64,000 bases of DNA, from IMG/VR virus record IMGVR_UViG_3300024058_000001, positions 32,001 to 96,000 of that record; one strand, 5' to 3'. This document shows positions 38,751 to 48,250 of the stretch, piece by piece; position 1 is the stretch's first letter, and every line of letters starts with the position of its first letter. The translations under genes and the position numbers were made by a program. Source of the stretch: a virus (taxonomy: Duplodnaviria; Caudoviricetes). The notes beneath the pieces were generated by a model. The model saw nothing but the letters and a program-made list of their open reading frames with translations. It was not told where the DNA came from and made no database searches.

Positions 38751-39662
38751 TTACGCTCCTATACTAAACATTGTACAGATTATTGATGGAGTAGCTGGTA
38801 TTGTGGGTGGGCCAACTTCTAATGCTGTGAATTTTAATCCTAATCCTACTGAAGTACTTGTAACTCTTTGCATCAGCCTTACTTTATCACCAGCATCTAA
38901 TACTATTGTGATTCCTAAAACAATCACATCAGTAGCCGTGTTATCGCTAACCGATACGATAATATTAGAGTTAGGTTCATCTACAAACCCGCTACCACGA
39001 TCTACTTGTAAAAACATATTCAATGCCTGTGAAGATCCTCCAGAGGACTTTCCGACTTGAGGTTGTGGCAACATAAAGTACTTTCCAGCCGTATCTATTG
39101 TAATTTCACCTGGATTAACGGTTGTGCTATGAGTCATTCCTGCTATATCATCTTGAGTATTATATGTAATAACAACAGGGGTTGTTACAGTTGGTTCTTG
39201 ATCTACACTGCTACTTAATTGTGCAAATATACCAGAACCACCGCCACCGCCCAAATCTGCTATTGATTGCACCGTAACTTTCTTTATATTGAACGAATCT
39301 GATGCATCAGCAATCAGAACTTCATCTGTTGGGGCTGCTGTAACCGATGCTTCAGGGTTGATAGCCACATCAAACGTTCGATTGACTGAAATATCCCCGC
39401 CTCCTACAAGCCCATCTCCTGCGATAAGAGTAACTGCTGTATGATCAATGTGCTCATTGGGGATAAAGTTCAACAATAGATCATGGTCAATACTTGTTTG
39501 GTCAACATCAAGCGTAAGGTCTTCATCTCCACCGTCATTTGTTTCAACAACGGTCAACTTAGTACTACCCGCAACGATCTTACTAAGTAAAAAATCGGGT
39601 GTGGAATCGTTAGACGTAACCCTTACCTTATTTGATTCCTTTTTACTAAGTGTAATAGCCAT
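38751..39662 (-). CDS. Fibre protein with C1q/BclA-like C-terminal beta-sandwich
   Basis: AGDGLVGGGDI; ITIDTAGKY...LDAGDKVRL. Confidence 0.6.
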   Translation of the reverse strand: MAITLSKKESNKVRVTSNDSTPDFLLSKIVAGSTKLTVVETNDGGDEDLTLDVDQTSIDHDLLLNFIPNEHIDHTAVTLIAGDGLVGGGDISVNRTFDVAINPEASVTAAPTDEVLIADASDSFNIKKVTVQSIADLGGGGGSGIFAQLSSSVDQEPTVTTPVVITYNTQDDIAGMTHSTTVNPGEITIDTAGKYFMLPQPQVGKSSGGSSQALNMFLQVDRGSGFVDEPNSNIIVSVSDNTATDVIVLGITIVLDAGDKVRLMQRVTSTSVGLGLKFTALEVGPPTIPATPSIICTMFSIGA

Positions 39663-40486
39663 TATACTGTTACCAACATTTCAAATGGAACTGTTGCAGC
39701 AGACGACGAAACGGCAACCGCACTGTGATTTGCCTCAATACTTAGAGATTGTCCAGGAAGAACTGTTTTTGTGTTCGCTCCACCGTCAAAACTCACAAGT
39801 AGATTATTTGATGCATCGAGATTATCTATTAGGATTGCCTTTGAGGTTCCAGTAAATGTTACGTTAGCGGGAGTTGTCGTAGCGGTTCCGTTATGATGCT
39901 CTGCGACTCCTGCAGTACCAGCACCACCAGCACTATCCACCACCTTAAGATCATCTCCAGTAAAGATTAGTTTATCAGTCTGCGCCTTAATAGCTGCAAG
40001 AGTAATTTCTGTCGCTCTCGTAGCTAACGTTACTTCACTGGCTCTTGTCGCTAGTGTTGTCTCACTTGCCCTCGTAGCTAATGTTGTTTCGCTTGCCCTC
40101 GTAGCTAATGTTGTTTCAGTTGCAAAATCTACAGCTAGTAATGCAGCTAAAGTTGTTTCTGTTGAAAAATCTGTGGTTAATAAAGTAGCTAATTTACCAT
40201 CAATCAATAGAAGTGTATCGTCTGTAGCAGGATTAATAATTGCAGCAGCAATATTTTTTAAGCCAACTGGATCAACACCACCGCCACCGCCACCAGATAC
40301 ATCTAAACTAGCAGTCCCATCACCATTATCTGTTGCAGACGCTGGCAAATAGCCCACAACTTCGTTACTTTCTACAATAGGGAAGACTAATACTGAAGAT
40401 GATTTTCTATTTTCATCGTATGGAAACGCTGGTAATTTTTTACTTACGTTTTTCTTTGGATCAATCGCCATATTTATTTCCTCCAA
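39662..40486 (-). CDS. Fibre/decoration protein with ETTLATR repeats
   Basis: Tandem A[ST]E[TVI]TLATR; small beta C-terminal domain. Confidence 0.6.
   Translation of the reverse strand: MEEINMAIDPKKNVSKKLPAFPYDENRKSSSVLVFPIVESNEVVGYLPASATDNGDGTASLDVSGGGGGGVDPVGLKNIAAAIINPATDDTLLLIDGKLATLLTTDFSTETTLAALLAVDFATETTLATRASETTLATRASETTLATRASEVTLATRATEITLAAIKAQTDKLIFTGDDLKVVDSAGGAGTAGVAEHHNGTATTTPANVTFTGTSKAILIDNLDASNNLLVSFDGGANTKTVLPGQSLSIEANHSAVAVSSSAATVPFEMLVTV
39992..40123 (-). repeat. 27-bp coding tandem repeat (about 5 units)
   Basis: ATETTLATR ASETTLATR ASETTLATR ASEVTLATR ATEITLAAI. Confidence 0.85.
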
Positions 40487-40933
40487 TTAATTTCATTAAA
40501 TTTTTTATCCAATTTGTTTTTAAATTCTTATTATGAACCAAAATAAATCCGTCTCTTTTTAAAAGTTCTTTTGCAATATTTTCTGAAACAAGGACTATAT
40601 TTTTACCATCATTGTTATGCGCTGCAAAATTAATAATTTTTCCATTAATTTTTATAGCTGATATTCCACTAGTACATTTAATGCGCTTCATTATTTAACT
40701 CTCCTATCTAACGTCATAGCATCATCACGAAAATCCATTTCAAATCCTGACTTTACATTTTTAATCTTATAAACTTCTGTATGAAGTTCATCTTTAAGAA
40801 ACTCTAAAACTTCGTATATTGCTGTATTATCACTACTAAGAATTACTAAATCTCCTTTATTGAACTTATGAGATTTAATTCGTTTCGTAGATTTCCGAAA
40901 TAATCCCTGCTCTATACTTCGTATCGATTTCAT
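40461..40933 (-). CDS. Two small hypothetical ORFs (40461..40691; 40691..40933 SH3-like)
   Basis: KFNKGDLVIL...YEVL...YKIK in the latter. Confidence 0.5.
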
Positions 40934-41468
40934 TATAAGCCTCTTTTAGCGATTTATGCTTAGTCTGAAGTTGAAATAAATTTGTCGTAATTTGCGCCAT
41001 TGCTTCATTATTATGCGCGTTTCTCATATGATTATAAAAAAAATGAACTAATTCGTGAAATAACACCCATTCGTCCCCATTATAAATAATGATATCTTTA
41101 CCTATTAATTTATCTAAATTTACTCCTGCATGATATCTACCGTTATAAAATTTTCCGATAGCCGTAGGTGGATCATCTAAGGTCTCGGCTAAATAAATTC
41201 TAACCTTACTATTTACTTTATCAGCCGAAAAGAATTTCTTAAGAACTCCGTACATCTGTTCTGCCGTTTCTGCATCTGCTGCATACGAAATAATATGGTC
41301 TGTTTCTTGAGTAACTTTTGTACTAACTAGATTATAATCTTTAAGTTCTATTCTAAATCTTTTACCTGGATTAATATACAATAATATAGAATAGCAAAAT
41401 AATATAACTAAAATAACTCTAATTACTATTTTTCTTAACTTAACCACTATCGTCCTCATCAAATCCAA
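40875..41468 (-). CDS. Membrane-anchored HEXXH zinc metallopeptidase-like protein
   Basis: N-terminal TM helix; VLFHELVH...NEAMA. Confidence 0.65.
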   Translation of the reverse strand: MDLMRTIVVKLRKIVIRVILVILFCYSILLYINPGKRFRIELKDYNLVSTKVTQETDHIISYAADAETAEQMYGVLKKFFSADKVNSKVRIYLAETLDDPPTAIGKFYNGRYHAGVNLDKLIGKDIIIYNGDEWVLFHELVHFFYNHMRNAHNNEAMAQITTNLFQLQTKHKSLKEAYNEIDTKYRAGIISEIYETN

Positions 41469-43230
41469 TTCTTAAATCTGCGTCTATTCCTTGTTTTCTT
41501 AATTCTTTTACAGTTTTATCTACTAATTTATTTTGTTCTTTATATTTCTTTTTTCTATTAACCGAAACTTTTATAGTATTAGTACCATCTGAAATAGAGG
41601 GAGGTACCGCATTTTCCATTGTAGGACGACCTGCATCGCCATCAACTTGTTGTTCAGGTTCAGGCCCTGGTTGCAATCCAAAAGGATCGGTTCTCTCATT
41701 TTGTTGAAATCCTCGATTAGGCATACCGCCTAATTCATCAAGTTTATCAATATCTTTAACTGGAACCATACCAACACCAGTTTTAATCATTTGTTCATCT
41801 CCGCCCTCAATGGGCTTCTTACCAAGTTTCTTTCTTCTTTCATTAATTGAAATAACACCAGAATCCATGTCAAGTCTGTCAACCTGCGATTGCTGGATAT
41901 CGTCTTTTAGCTCTGCACTTTGCCATTCAAATTTTACATCCTGAAAACCAAACTCTGCCTTTACAATCTCTTCATTAAAAAAAGAAGCTAACAAATTTAA
42001 AAGTGTTTTAACTCCTCTTGCTTGTGATAGCTTTGCTTGAACTTCAGCGGTAGTACGGTGAAAGTCTAAGACAAACCCTATGTCCTGTGGGCTTATTCCG
42101 TATACCGCGCATTTAATGGCAACTGTCCATTTTAAATATTCCATCATTTGCATGTCTCTATTAGACTGCACACGCATAGGAATAAAATCTAATTTGTCAG
42201 ATCCTGATGTAATTAATAGTTTATGAAGACCACCTCGACCTTGTACTTCTTGTTCCCATAAATTTTGAAACATCTGTCGTTGGTCTTCAGATACATTTTC
42301 TCCAAGATTTAGCACACCAGGAGGAACATTAGAATTTTTAAAATAATCAATATTATATTCATCTGCATATAAACTTGCAGTAATAATATACGCAGCTACT
42401 TCTAATGGAGAAACACCATAGCCAGTTTGTTGAGGATTTTGAGATATATATAGTAATTCGTCATTTGTAAATTCTGCACGAATTACTCCTTTATCTTCCC
42501 ATACATATGCAGGTTCTGGTGCTTTAGGTATCGTTCTATCTTCATTTCTATAAATCTTTACTTCTTGTCCTGGTAATGGATAAATCTCCGCCAAATTTCC
42601 AAGATAATCATAATTTTTTACAATAACACCAGAATCGTAAATTAAAATATCATCTAAAACTAACTCTAATAATGTTCTAAATGTTGTTTCTGTTTGATTT
42701 GGATGCTCTAAAATACACTTAACTTTGTATTTATGTTCTTCTGCATTCTGTTTAACTCGTTTTGCCCACGCCTTAAAAAACCATCTAACGGCTTCTCTTT
42801 TTGCTTTTTCATCTATAGCCTTTTCAATAATTGGAGGAAGACTACTTCGTATTTCATCTTGTATTTCTTCTGGTAAAATTTGAGATTTAAACGGAGGAAG
42901 ATCATATCCATAAGGATTAAGAGAAGTTAAAATAGATTCTTCCCACCTATCCAATTCAGCCTCTAAATTATCGGTATCAGGGACTATATCCCATTTAGTC
43001 TGACTAATAAATCCTTTTATTACTCTGCGAATAGCCCAAGTAACTGGATCAGTATTCGCTAATCGCCCTAATGTTGCAGCACTCAGAGTAAATTGTCGCT
43101 GAACTTTTTTACCAGTGGTATTATTAAGAAATCTAAACATACCTTTGCGAGGTACGGGTTCACCACGACCTGGATCAAGCTTTAGTGCTTTACTAAAGGT
43201 ATTCTGAATTTTCTTAATTAAGTTTGCCAC
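41440..43230 (-). CDS. Portal protein
   Basis: GYGVSPLE, YFKNSNVPPGVL, CAVYGISPQDIG, SINERRKKLGKKPIEGGD. Confidence 0.93.
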   Translation of the reverse strand: MANLIKKIQNTFSKALKLDPGRGEPVPRKGMFRFLNNTTGKKVQRQFTLSAATLGRLANTDPVTWAIRRVIKGFISQTKWDIVPDTDNLEAELDRWEESILTSLNPYGYDLPPFKSQILPEEIQDEIRSSLPPIIEKAIDEKAKREAVRWFFKAWAKRVKQNAEEHKYKVKCILEHPNQTETTFRTLLELVLDDILIYDSGVIVKNYDYLGNLAEIYPLPGQEVKIYRNEDRTIPKAPEPAYVWEDKGVIRAEFTNDELLYISQNPQQTGYGVSPLEVAAYIITASLYADEYNIDYFKNSNVPPGVLNLGENVSEDQRQMFQNLWEQEVQGRGGLHKLLITSGSDKLDFIPMRVQSNRDMQMMEYLKWTVAIKCAVYGISPQDIGFVLDFHRTTAEVQAKLSQARGVKTLLNLLASFFNEEIVKAEFGFQDVKFEWQSAELKDDIQQSQVDRLDMDSGVISINERRKKLGKKPIEGGDEQMIKTGVGMVPVKDIDKLDELGGMPNRGFQQNERTDPFGLQPGPEPEQQVDGDAGRPTMENAVPPSISDGTNTIKVSVNRKKKYKEQNKLVDKTVKELRKQGIDADLRIGFDEDDSG

Positions 43231-43633
43231 TTTTTATCACCAGTTCTATAAGGGCTATTATATTTTTATGCTCTAATAGTTCCATTTGATTTCTATATGT
43301 TTTTCTAGCTTTCTCATCTTTGACATATGTCTTAATCAAAAAATGAACAAATTCATCTAGTTCATTAAATCTTACATGTAATAATTCATGAGCAATCGTA
43401 CTATCTAATTCTTTCGGAGATTCTAATAAAAGTTTTTTGTTTAGTTCTATGTCTGCGGTACGGGTTTCTTCATCCACGTACACCGTTGCGTATGATCCGC
43501 TAATTTTATCTTTCTTTTTTATCTTGGATGGTAATACAATATCAACCTCAAATTTGTAATCACTAATCCCAAGAAGTTTAGCGTATCGCACAACTTTCTT
43601 TTTTATATCGCTTTTTAATCTTTTTTTTATCAT
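43214..43633 (-). CDS. SprT-like HEXXH zinc metallopeptidase
   Basis: LDSTIAHELLH...LEH. Confidence 0.7.
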   Translation of the reverse strand: MIKKRLKSDIKKKVVRYAKLLGISDYKFEVDIVLPSKIKKKDKISGSYATVYVDEETRTADIELNKKLLLESPKELDSTIAHELLHVRFNELDEFVHFLIKTYVKDEKARKTYRNQMELLEHKNIIALIELVIKSGKLN

Positions 43634-43895
43634 CTCTTTTGAAATATTTCCTGCTCTTTATTTTTTTATCTTTATTCTTTTTTATTTCTTTTTCTGCAAG
43701 ATACATATCAATTAATAAATCATGAATCTCTTCTTTTGTAATTGCAGGCTTTTTAGATGCAATTTTATCAGCAATTTCCATAAGTTCACCAGGAAGTTTT
43801 TTTCTTTCGCGTGGATGAAAATAGTCACTATACATAAATATCATCTGCCTTATCACAAAGATTACCGTTACACATGTCAACGGCCACATTTCCAT
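43578..43895 (-). CDS. Hypothetical protein
   Basis: N-terminal hydrophobic stretch; basic C-terminus overlapping the next gene. Confidence 0.45.
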   Translation of the reverse strand: MEMWPLTCVTVIFVIRQMIFMYSDYFHPRERKKLPGELMEIADKIASKKPAITKEEIHDLLIDMYLAEKEIKKNKDKKIKSRKYFKRDDKKKIKKRYKKESCAIR

Positions 43896-43897
43896 AA

Positions 43898-44179
43898 TTA
43901 TATAATTCGTTCAGGCAACCAGGCTGAATATGCAGGTCTAACTCTTGGTGTATCTGATGCAATTTCGTTATCAGGTTGAGTAACCCTATTAGTCATCTGA
44001 TTTTGTTGGTGCTTTTGGCCGTGAACGATGTCCTCATTTTTCTTTTTTGGTCGTTTAATTCCTAAATCTTCTCTAACAAGTAAAAGTCCAGGAACATCTA
44101 TAGAAGTTATTTCTTTTCTAATAGTTTGAAGTTTTCCTAAATAATCTCTAAGTTGTTCTATGAATTCCAATTTGTTCAT
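43898..44179 (-). CDS. Small protein carrying a copy of the capsid protein N-arm
   Basis: IRKEITSIDVPGLLLVREDL vs capsid IQKAISSTDVSGLLLVREDL. Confidence 0.7.
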   Translation of the reverse strand: MNKLEFIEQLRDYLGKLQTIRKEITSIDVPGLLLVREDLGIKRPKKKNEDIVHGQKHQQNQMTNRVTQPDNEIASDTPRVRPAYSAWLPERII

Positions 44180-44183
44180 TTTA

Positions 44184-44501
44184 TTATCCTGTAAAATGGC
44201 TTATTACTCTAATTATAGTCCAACCTAGTCCTATAATTATAACTAATACTTTTAGTACAATAGACAAAAATTCCGAAGCCCCTTGAACTTTCAATGACTT
44301 AGTTTCTAATGGCTCTAATCTCTTACCATAAGCTTTAATAGCGTTACCATTTTCTTCTATTAAATGAGGCAAATGATTTGTAACATGAGTATTTACTTCA
44401 GTAACAAGTTTGCCTAATTCAGTAACCTCATATTTAAGACCATCTACTTCATTTTCAATATGTTTTATTCTACCTTCGTATCTATCATCTGCCATATTCA
44501 A
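44184..44501 (-). CDS. XhlA/holin-like coiled-coil membrane protein
   Basis: Coiled coil, TNHLPH motif, single C-terminal TM helix. Confidence 0.5.
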   Translation of the reverse strand: MNMADDRYEGRIKHIENEVDGLKYEVTELGKLVTEVNTHVTNHLPHLIEENGNAIKAYGKRLEPLETKSLKVQGASEFLSIVLKVLVIIIGLGWTIIRVISHFTG

Positions 44502-44504
44502 ACC

Positions 44505-44837
44505 TCACCTTGTTTCCAAAACAAATTTATATTGCTGTAAAAAATTATCCCAATCTGTAAATTTAAAAGCTTCATTATCTAACATTACATCGTATTTTGG
44601 TTTTCCAAACATTATGCTATCATATTTTATATTGTTTTTTTGAAGCCATACTTCTGTATCCATACCTAAACTAACATCTCGTTTAGAATATATTAAAATT
44701 GTATGATTTAATTGTTTCAATTTATCTAAAGCTTCTTTAGCCCCAGGTAATACTTCACACTTTGAAACTTGATCAAGTGCATGCCAATTGGATATAGGAG
44801 TACAAATAATTTTATCTAGCTCTAACGCAATAATCAT
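44505..44837 (-). CDS. HAD-like (capsule-biosynthesis phosphatase-like) protein with degenerate motif I
   Basis: IIALELDKIIC...HTILIYSKR...TEVWLQKNNIKYDSIMFGKP.YDVMLD. Confidence 0.7.
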   Translation of the reverse strand: MIIALELDKIICTPISNWHALDQVSKCEVLPGAKEALDKLKQLNHTILIYSKRDVSLGMDTEVWLQKNNIKYDSIMFGKPKYDVMLDNEAFKFTDWDNFLQQYKFVLETR

Positions 44838-44846
44838 CGCTCACCT

Positions 44847-45803
44847 CTATTTAAAATAATCAAAACTAAAACGTCTACGTCCTTCTCTTGGGCGTATTTG
44901 ACGGCCATTAACTAAATAATTTCTATATGTTGCTGTATTAAGAACTTGATAAGTATTTGCTACTCTGCTAGAAACAATTTTTCCCTCATCAAATGCCCCT
45001 AACTTAGAATCAAAATAATAAACTAAATCGCCTGGTTTAAATCGACGAAATATTCTAAACTGTTTATCTATAGCATTATCTCTCTTACTTGTCTTTGAAC
45101 GTCTTTTACCAGCAGCATAGCCTGCTGCAGGCAATGCACTTATACCTGCTATACGCGCTGTTTTACCTGCAATTCTTCTTTTACCTGCACGTGTACCCAT
45201 ACTTTGTCTAAATGTTTCTGCTTTATACCTTTGTTTACGTCCTATATTACGTACCTTAACTCCTACTGAACCTAATTTACGTCCTATTGTAGAGACTGCA
45301 CTAGCTATTCCTTTTTTTGTATTTACATTTGCAGTTGTTTCAATTCCTCTTTCATCTGACATTACAACAGGAACCTTTTCATAGCCAAGTTCTTTAAGAG
45401 CTACAAATCTATGATGACCATCTGTTACCATTTTACCAGGTTTTCCATCATGGTCAATTTCGGTATAAACTAATGGTTTAATATCTCCACTAATTTTAAT
45501 AGCGTGTTTTATTTTGTCTACCTTGTTTCGGTCTAATGTTCTATTATATGGATTTGGAAGCAACTCAGAAATGTTAATTTCTTCTATTTTTATCTTTACC
45601 ATTCTTCCCCATTGACTATTTCCGCGATGCTCACTTCTAGGGCCAATGGCAGAAGATCCTTCACTCGAAGGATTAAAATTAAAACCTTCTGCTTCAGGCG
45701 GATTAGTGCTAATAGCAGGAAATCTATATTCCCGTGTTTCAGCCTTATTTATCTGCCTAGTTAAATCTCTTAGTTGAGTCCATGTTTTCATATTTGTTAT
45801 CAT
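44847..45803 (-). CDS. Multi-module protein: QLRD leader + ParB/Srx-like domain + cationic cassette + SH3/Tudor-like domain
   Basis: LLPNPYNR...IKPL...VTDGHHRFVALKELGYEKVPV; TKK-GIASAVSTIGRKL; FKPGDLVYY. Confidence 0.7.
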   Translation of the reverse strand: MITNMKTWTQLRDLTRQINKAETREYRFPAISTNPPEAEGFNFNPSSEGSSAIGPRSEHRGNSQWGRMVKIKIEEINISELLPNPYNRTLDRNKVDKIKHAIKISGDIKPLVYTEIDHDGKPGKMVTDGHHRFVALKELGYEKVPVVMSDERGIETTANVNTKKGIASAVSTIGRKLGSVGVKVRNIGRKQRYKAETFRQSMGTRAGKRRIAGKTARIAGISALPAAGYAAGKRRSKTSKRDNAIDKQFRIFRRFKPGDLVYYFDSKLGAFDEGKIVSSRVANTYQVLNTATYRNYLVNGRQIRPREGRRRFSFDYFK

Positions 45804-45813
45804 CTTGTAATCT

Positions 45814-48114
45814 TTAAATTATTCGTGTTTTAGTTCTAGCAGCAAGATTTCTAACCCTTCCCAAATCTCGATATGTTTTGGATCTTGTAGCTGCCTGTGC
45901 TCTGCCAATTTGTTTAATTCTTCCTAATTGTTGAACCTGCTGTCCCATCATTTGCCCAATTTGTTTTCTTTCTCTAACTATTCTATTGTATTGTGCATTA
46001 AGTGAAGGCTTCTTTATTTTTTGTCCTATTGAACGTATTTTACGTCCTACTGCACGTGCTGCACTGCCTATACCTTTTTCTGTATCTTCTGTAATACCAT
46101 TCCAACCGCATCGTTTTCTTAAATTCTTTAATTCCTTTTTAATATTTTGTAATTCCATTACCTTTTTTCTTTTCTTACGTCCGTATGCTGACTTCATCCT
46201 ATATCCCATCATTCTAGCTCCTGCAGTTCCTACCTTTATACCCAAATTTCTTCTACGAGCACCTTTTGGCAATTTTCCTGCTGCGATACGAGACAAAGCT
46301 CCACCAGGACGTTTTAGTTCCGCTTTAGCACCAGCGTCAAGACCTATATTTATTAATTTATTACCTACACGTCTAACAACAGATCCCACTTTAGATCGTA
46401 AACCTTTTTCTGTATCACCATTTTTCAAATTATCTAGTTTCTTTTTAACATCTGTAATAGATACTACCTTATAACTTTTCTTAGGTTTACCAAACGCGCC
46501 TAAACTATGTGCAAGATAACTACCTTCTGCAACAGGAAGGGCCACTCTTGCTACTCGTCCCACACGTGTTCTTCCAAATTTAGCTCCTGCACGTTGGGCT
46601 GATAATCCTGCTCTACTTCTTACTCCGCGTGTTCCTTTCCATCCTGCTTTTGTTCCTGAAATTAACTTAGGAGCTAACTTTCTGCCTATTGCTAACGCTC
46701 CACGTCCTGCAGCTACCAAAGCAGCTCCATATTTTTCTACATCCTCTGTATCATCCATATCTTTTTCTATATCTGCCATTTGGTCAACTTTATCAAAAAG
46801 CTCCATAATATCATTTAGTTCTTCAGGAACTAAATACTTTATCAGTTCCTGTTGTTCTACTGGAGATGCAAATTCCAACATGTCAATGATCTCAGCAATA
46901 CTAAAATCTTTAGATAAATCCTTTGTTTGTGCACTTTTTTCTCTAAATACTCTGCCTAACAATCCTGATCCAGGTGTGTGAGCAACTGTTGTTACAGGTT
47001 TTGATGCACCAATGGCATCTCTTATTTTGCCAGTTCTAAAATCTTTAATTCCTCCACCTAAAGTTTGAGTTGTATATACTCTGTTTACTGGAATTTTTCC
47101 TACGTAAGTCTTTATTTTACCTCCAAGTTGCCTTAGCCTCTTTATACCAGCACGTCTAGTCGCTGGATGTGCTAACGCAGCAATAGCACCAAGACCTGCA
47201 GCAGCACCCGCAATACGGCCAGCTTTACCACGTTTAGAACCTTGCTCTGCTTTATTAATAATTTCCATATGACCTTTAGGATCGTCACACCATATTTTTT
47301 GTAATGAACCATCTGAACTTACCTTAGTAACAGAAACACCTTTCATTGCAGGTAAACCAAATGTTGGCTCAACTGGTTGTCCTGGTTGTCTTAATGGCCC
47401 AGGCACTTGCGCTTCTTCTGGTTCTACAGGTGCTTCAGGTACTTCAGGAACACCACCAGGTTCAACACTAGTATCTACTTGTCCTTTACAATGTGGACAA
47501 ACTACTTGTAAGGGTTTTGCTTCTTCTGGAGTTTCCGCAGATTCCTCAACATCTTCTTGAGGTTCCTCTTCTGGAAGTTCTTCTTCTCCTTCAGATCCAC
47601 CAAATTCTCCTGTTTCTAAATCTTCAGGAACTTCCTCTGCAGATTCGTCTTGAGGCTCTTCAATTACTTCCCCATTTTCATCAACAACATCTTCTTCTTT
47701 TTCTTCCTCTTCGGGCAAACGCTCTTGTGGGTCATTAGCGTTAGTTGTAGCTATTTGTTCACCAGGTTGTTCAGCTTGTCCTTGCATTTCTTGATCTGTC
47801 TGAGGATTTATATTATCTTCTACAGGTTTATCTAATACCTGTTCAGCCGTAGATTCTACCACTTCTTTTTCTTTAGGTGGTAACGCATTTTCTAATTCTT
47901 CTAACTCTTCTGGAGACATATTAGCCAATATGCCCTTTTTAATTTCATTATCAAACTCTTGTTTGCCAACATCGATTCTACCCTTGCTCGTAAATACATG
48001 AACGATTTTCTTTTGGGTTTCAGTTGTAACTTCACCCTTTTTAATAGCGTCCAAGTCAGCTTGGGTAAAGTCAAATCGTTGACCCTTTACCACGATTGTA
48101 TACACTTTACTCAT
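45814..48114 (-). CDS. Putative internal head polyprotein (acidic region + four cationic cassettes)
   Basis: Glu/Pro-rich N-half; cassettes after IINK, DVEK, DTEK, DTEK. Confidence 0.7.
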   Translation of the reverse strand: MSKVYTIVVKGQRFDFTQADLDAIKKGEVTTETQKKIVHVFTSKGRIDVGKQEFDNEIKKGILANMSPEELEELENALPPKEKEVVESTAEQVLDKPVEDNINPQTDQEMQGQAEQPGEQIATTNANDPQERLPEEEEKEEDVVDENGEVIEEPQDESAEEVPEDLETGEFGGSEGEEELPEEEPQEDVEESAETPEEAKPLQVVCPHCKGQVDTSVEPGGVPEVPEAPVEPEEAQVPGPLRQPGQPVEPTFGLPAMKGVSVTKVSSDGSLQKIWCDDPKGHMEIINKAEQGSKRGKAGRIAGAAAGLGAIAALAHPATRRAGIKRLRQLGGKIKTYVGKIPVNRVYTTQTLGGGIKDFRTGKIRDAIGASKPVTTVAHTPGSGLLGRVFREKSAQTKDLSKDFSIAEIIDMLEFASPVEQQELIKYLVPEELNDIMELFDKVDQMADIEKDMDDTEDVEKYGAALVAAGRGALAIGRKLAPKLISGTKAGWKGTRGVRSRAGLSAQRAGAKFGRTRVGRVARVALPVAEGSYLAHSLGAFGKPKKSYKVVSITDVKKKLDNLKNGDTEKGLRSKVGSVVRRVGNKLINIGLDAGAKAELKRPGGALSRIAAGKLPKGARRRNLGIKVGTAGARMMGYRMKSAYGRKKRKKVMELQNIKKELKNLRKRCGWNGITEDTEKGIGSAARAVGRKIRSIGQKIKKPSLNAQYNRIVRERKQIGQMMGQQVQQLGRIKQIGRAQAATRSKTYRDLGRVRNLAARTKTRII

Positions 48115-48250
48115 TTTAGTTCTCCTTTAGATTTTTCTTCAATTTTTGGACAAATTCGATGTTGCCAACCAATTGTTTGACCATCTTTTATTATTGGTAA
48201 AATATTTTCATCATTAATATCAAAAGTGTCTTTACACTTCAGACATACAA

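Noticed and set aside
39992-40123. 27-bp tandem repeat as a CRISPR array
   Set aside because: In-frame coding repeat with no spacers and no cas genes
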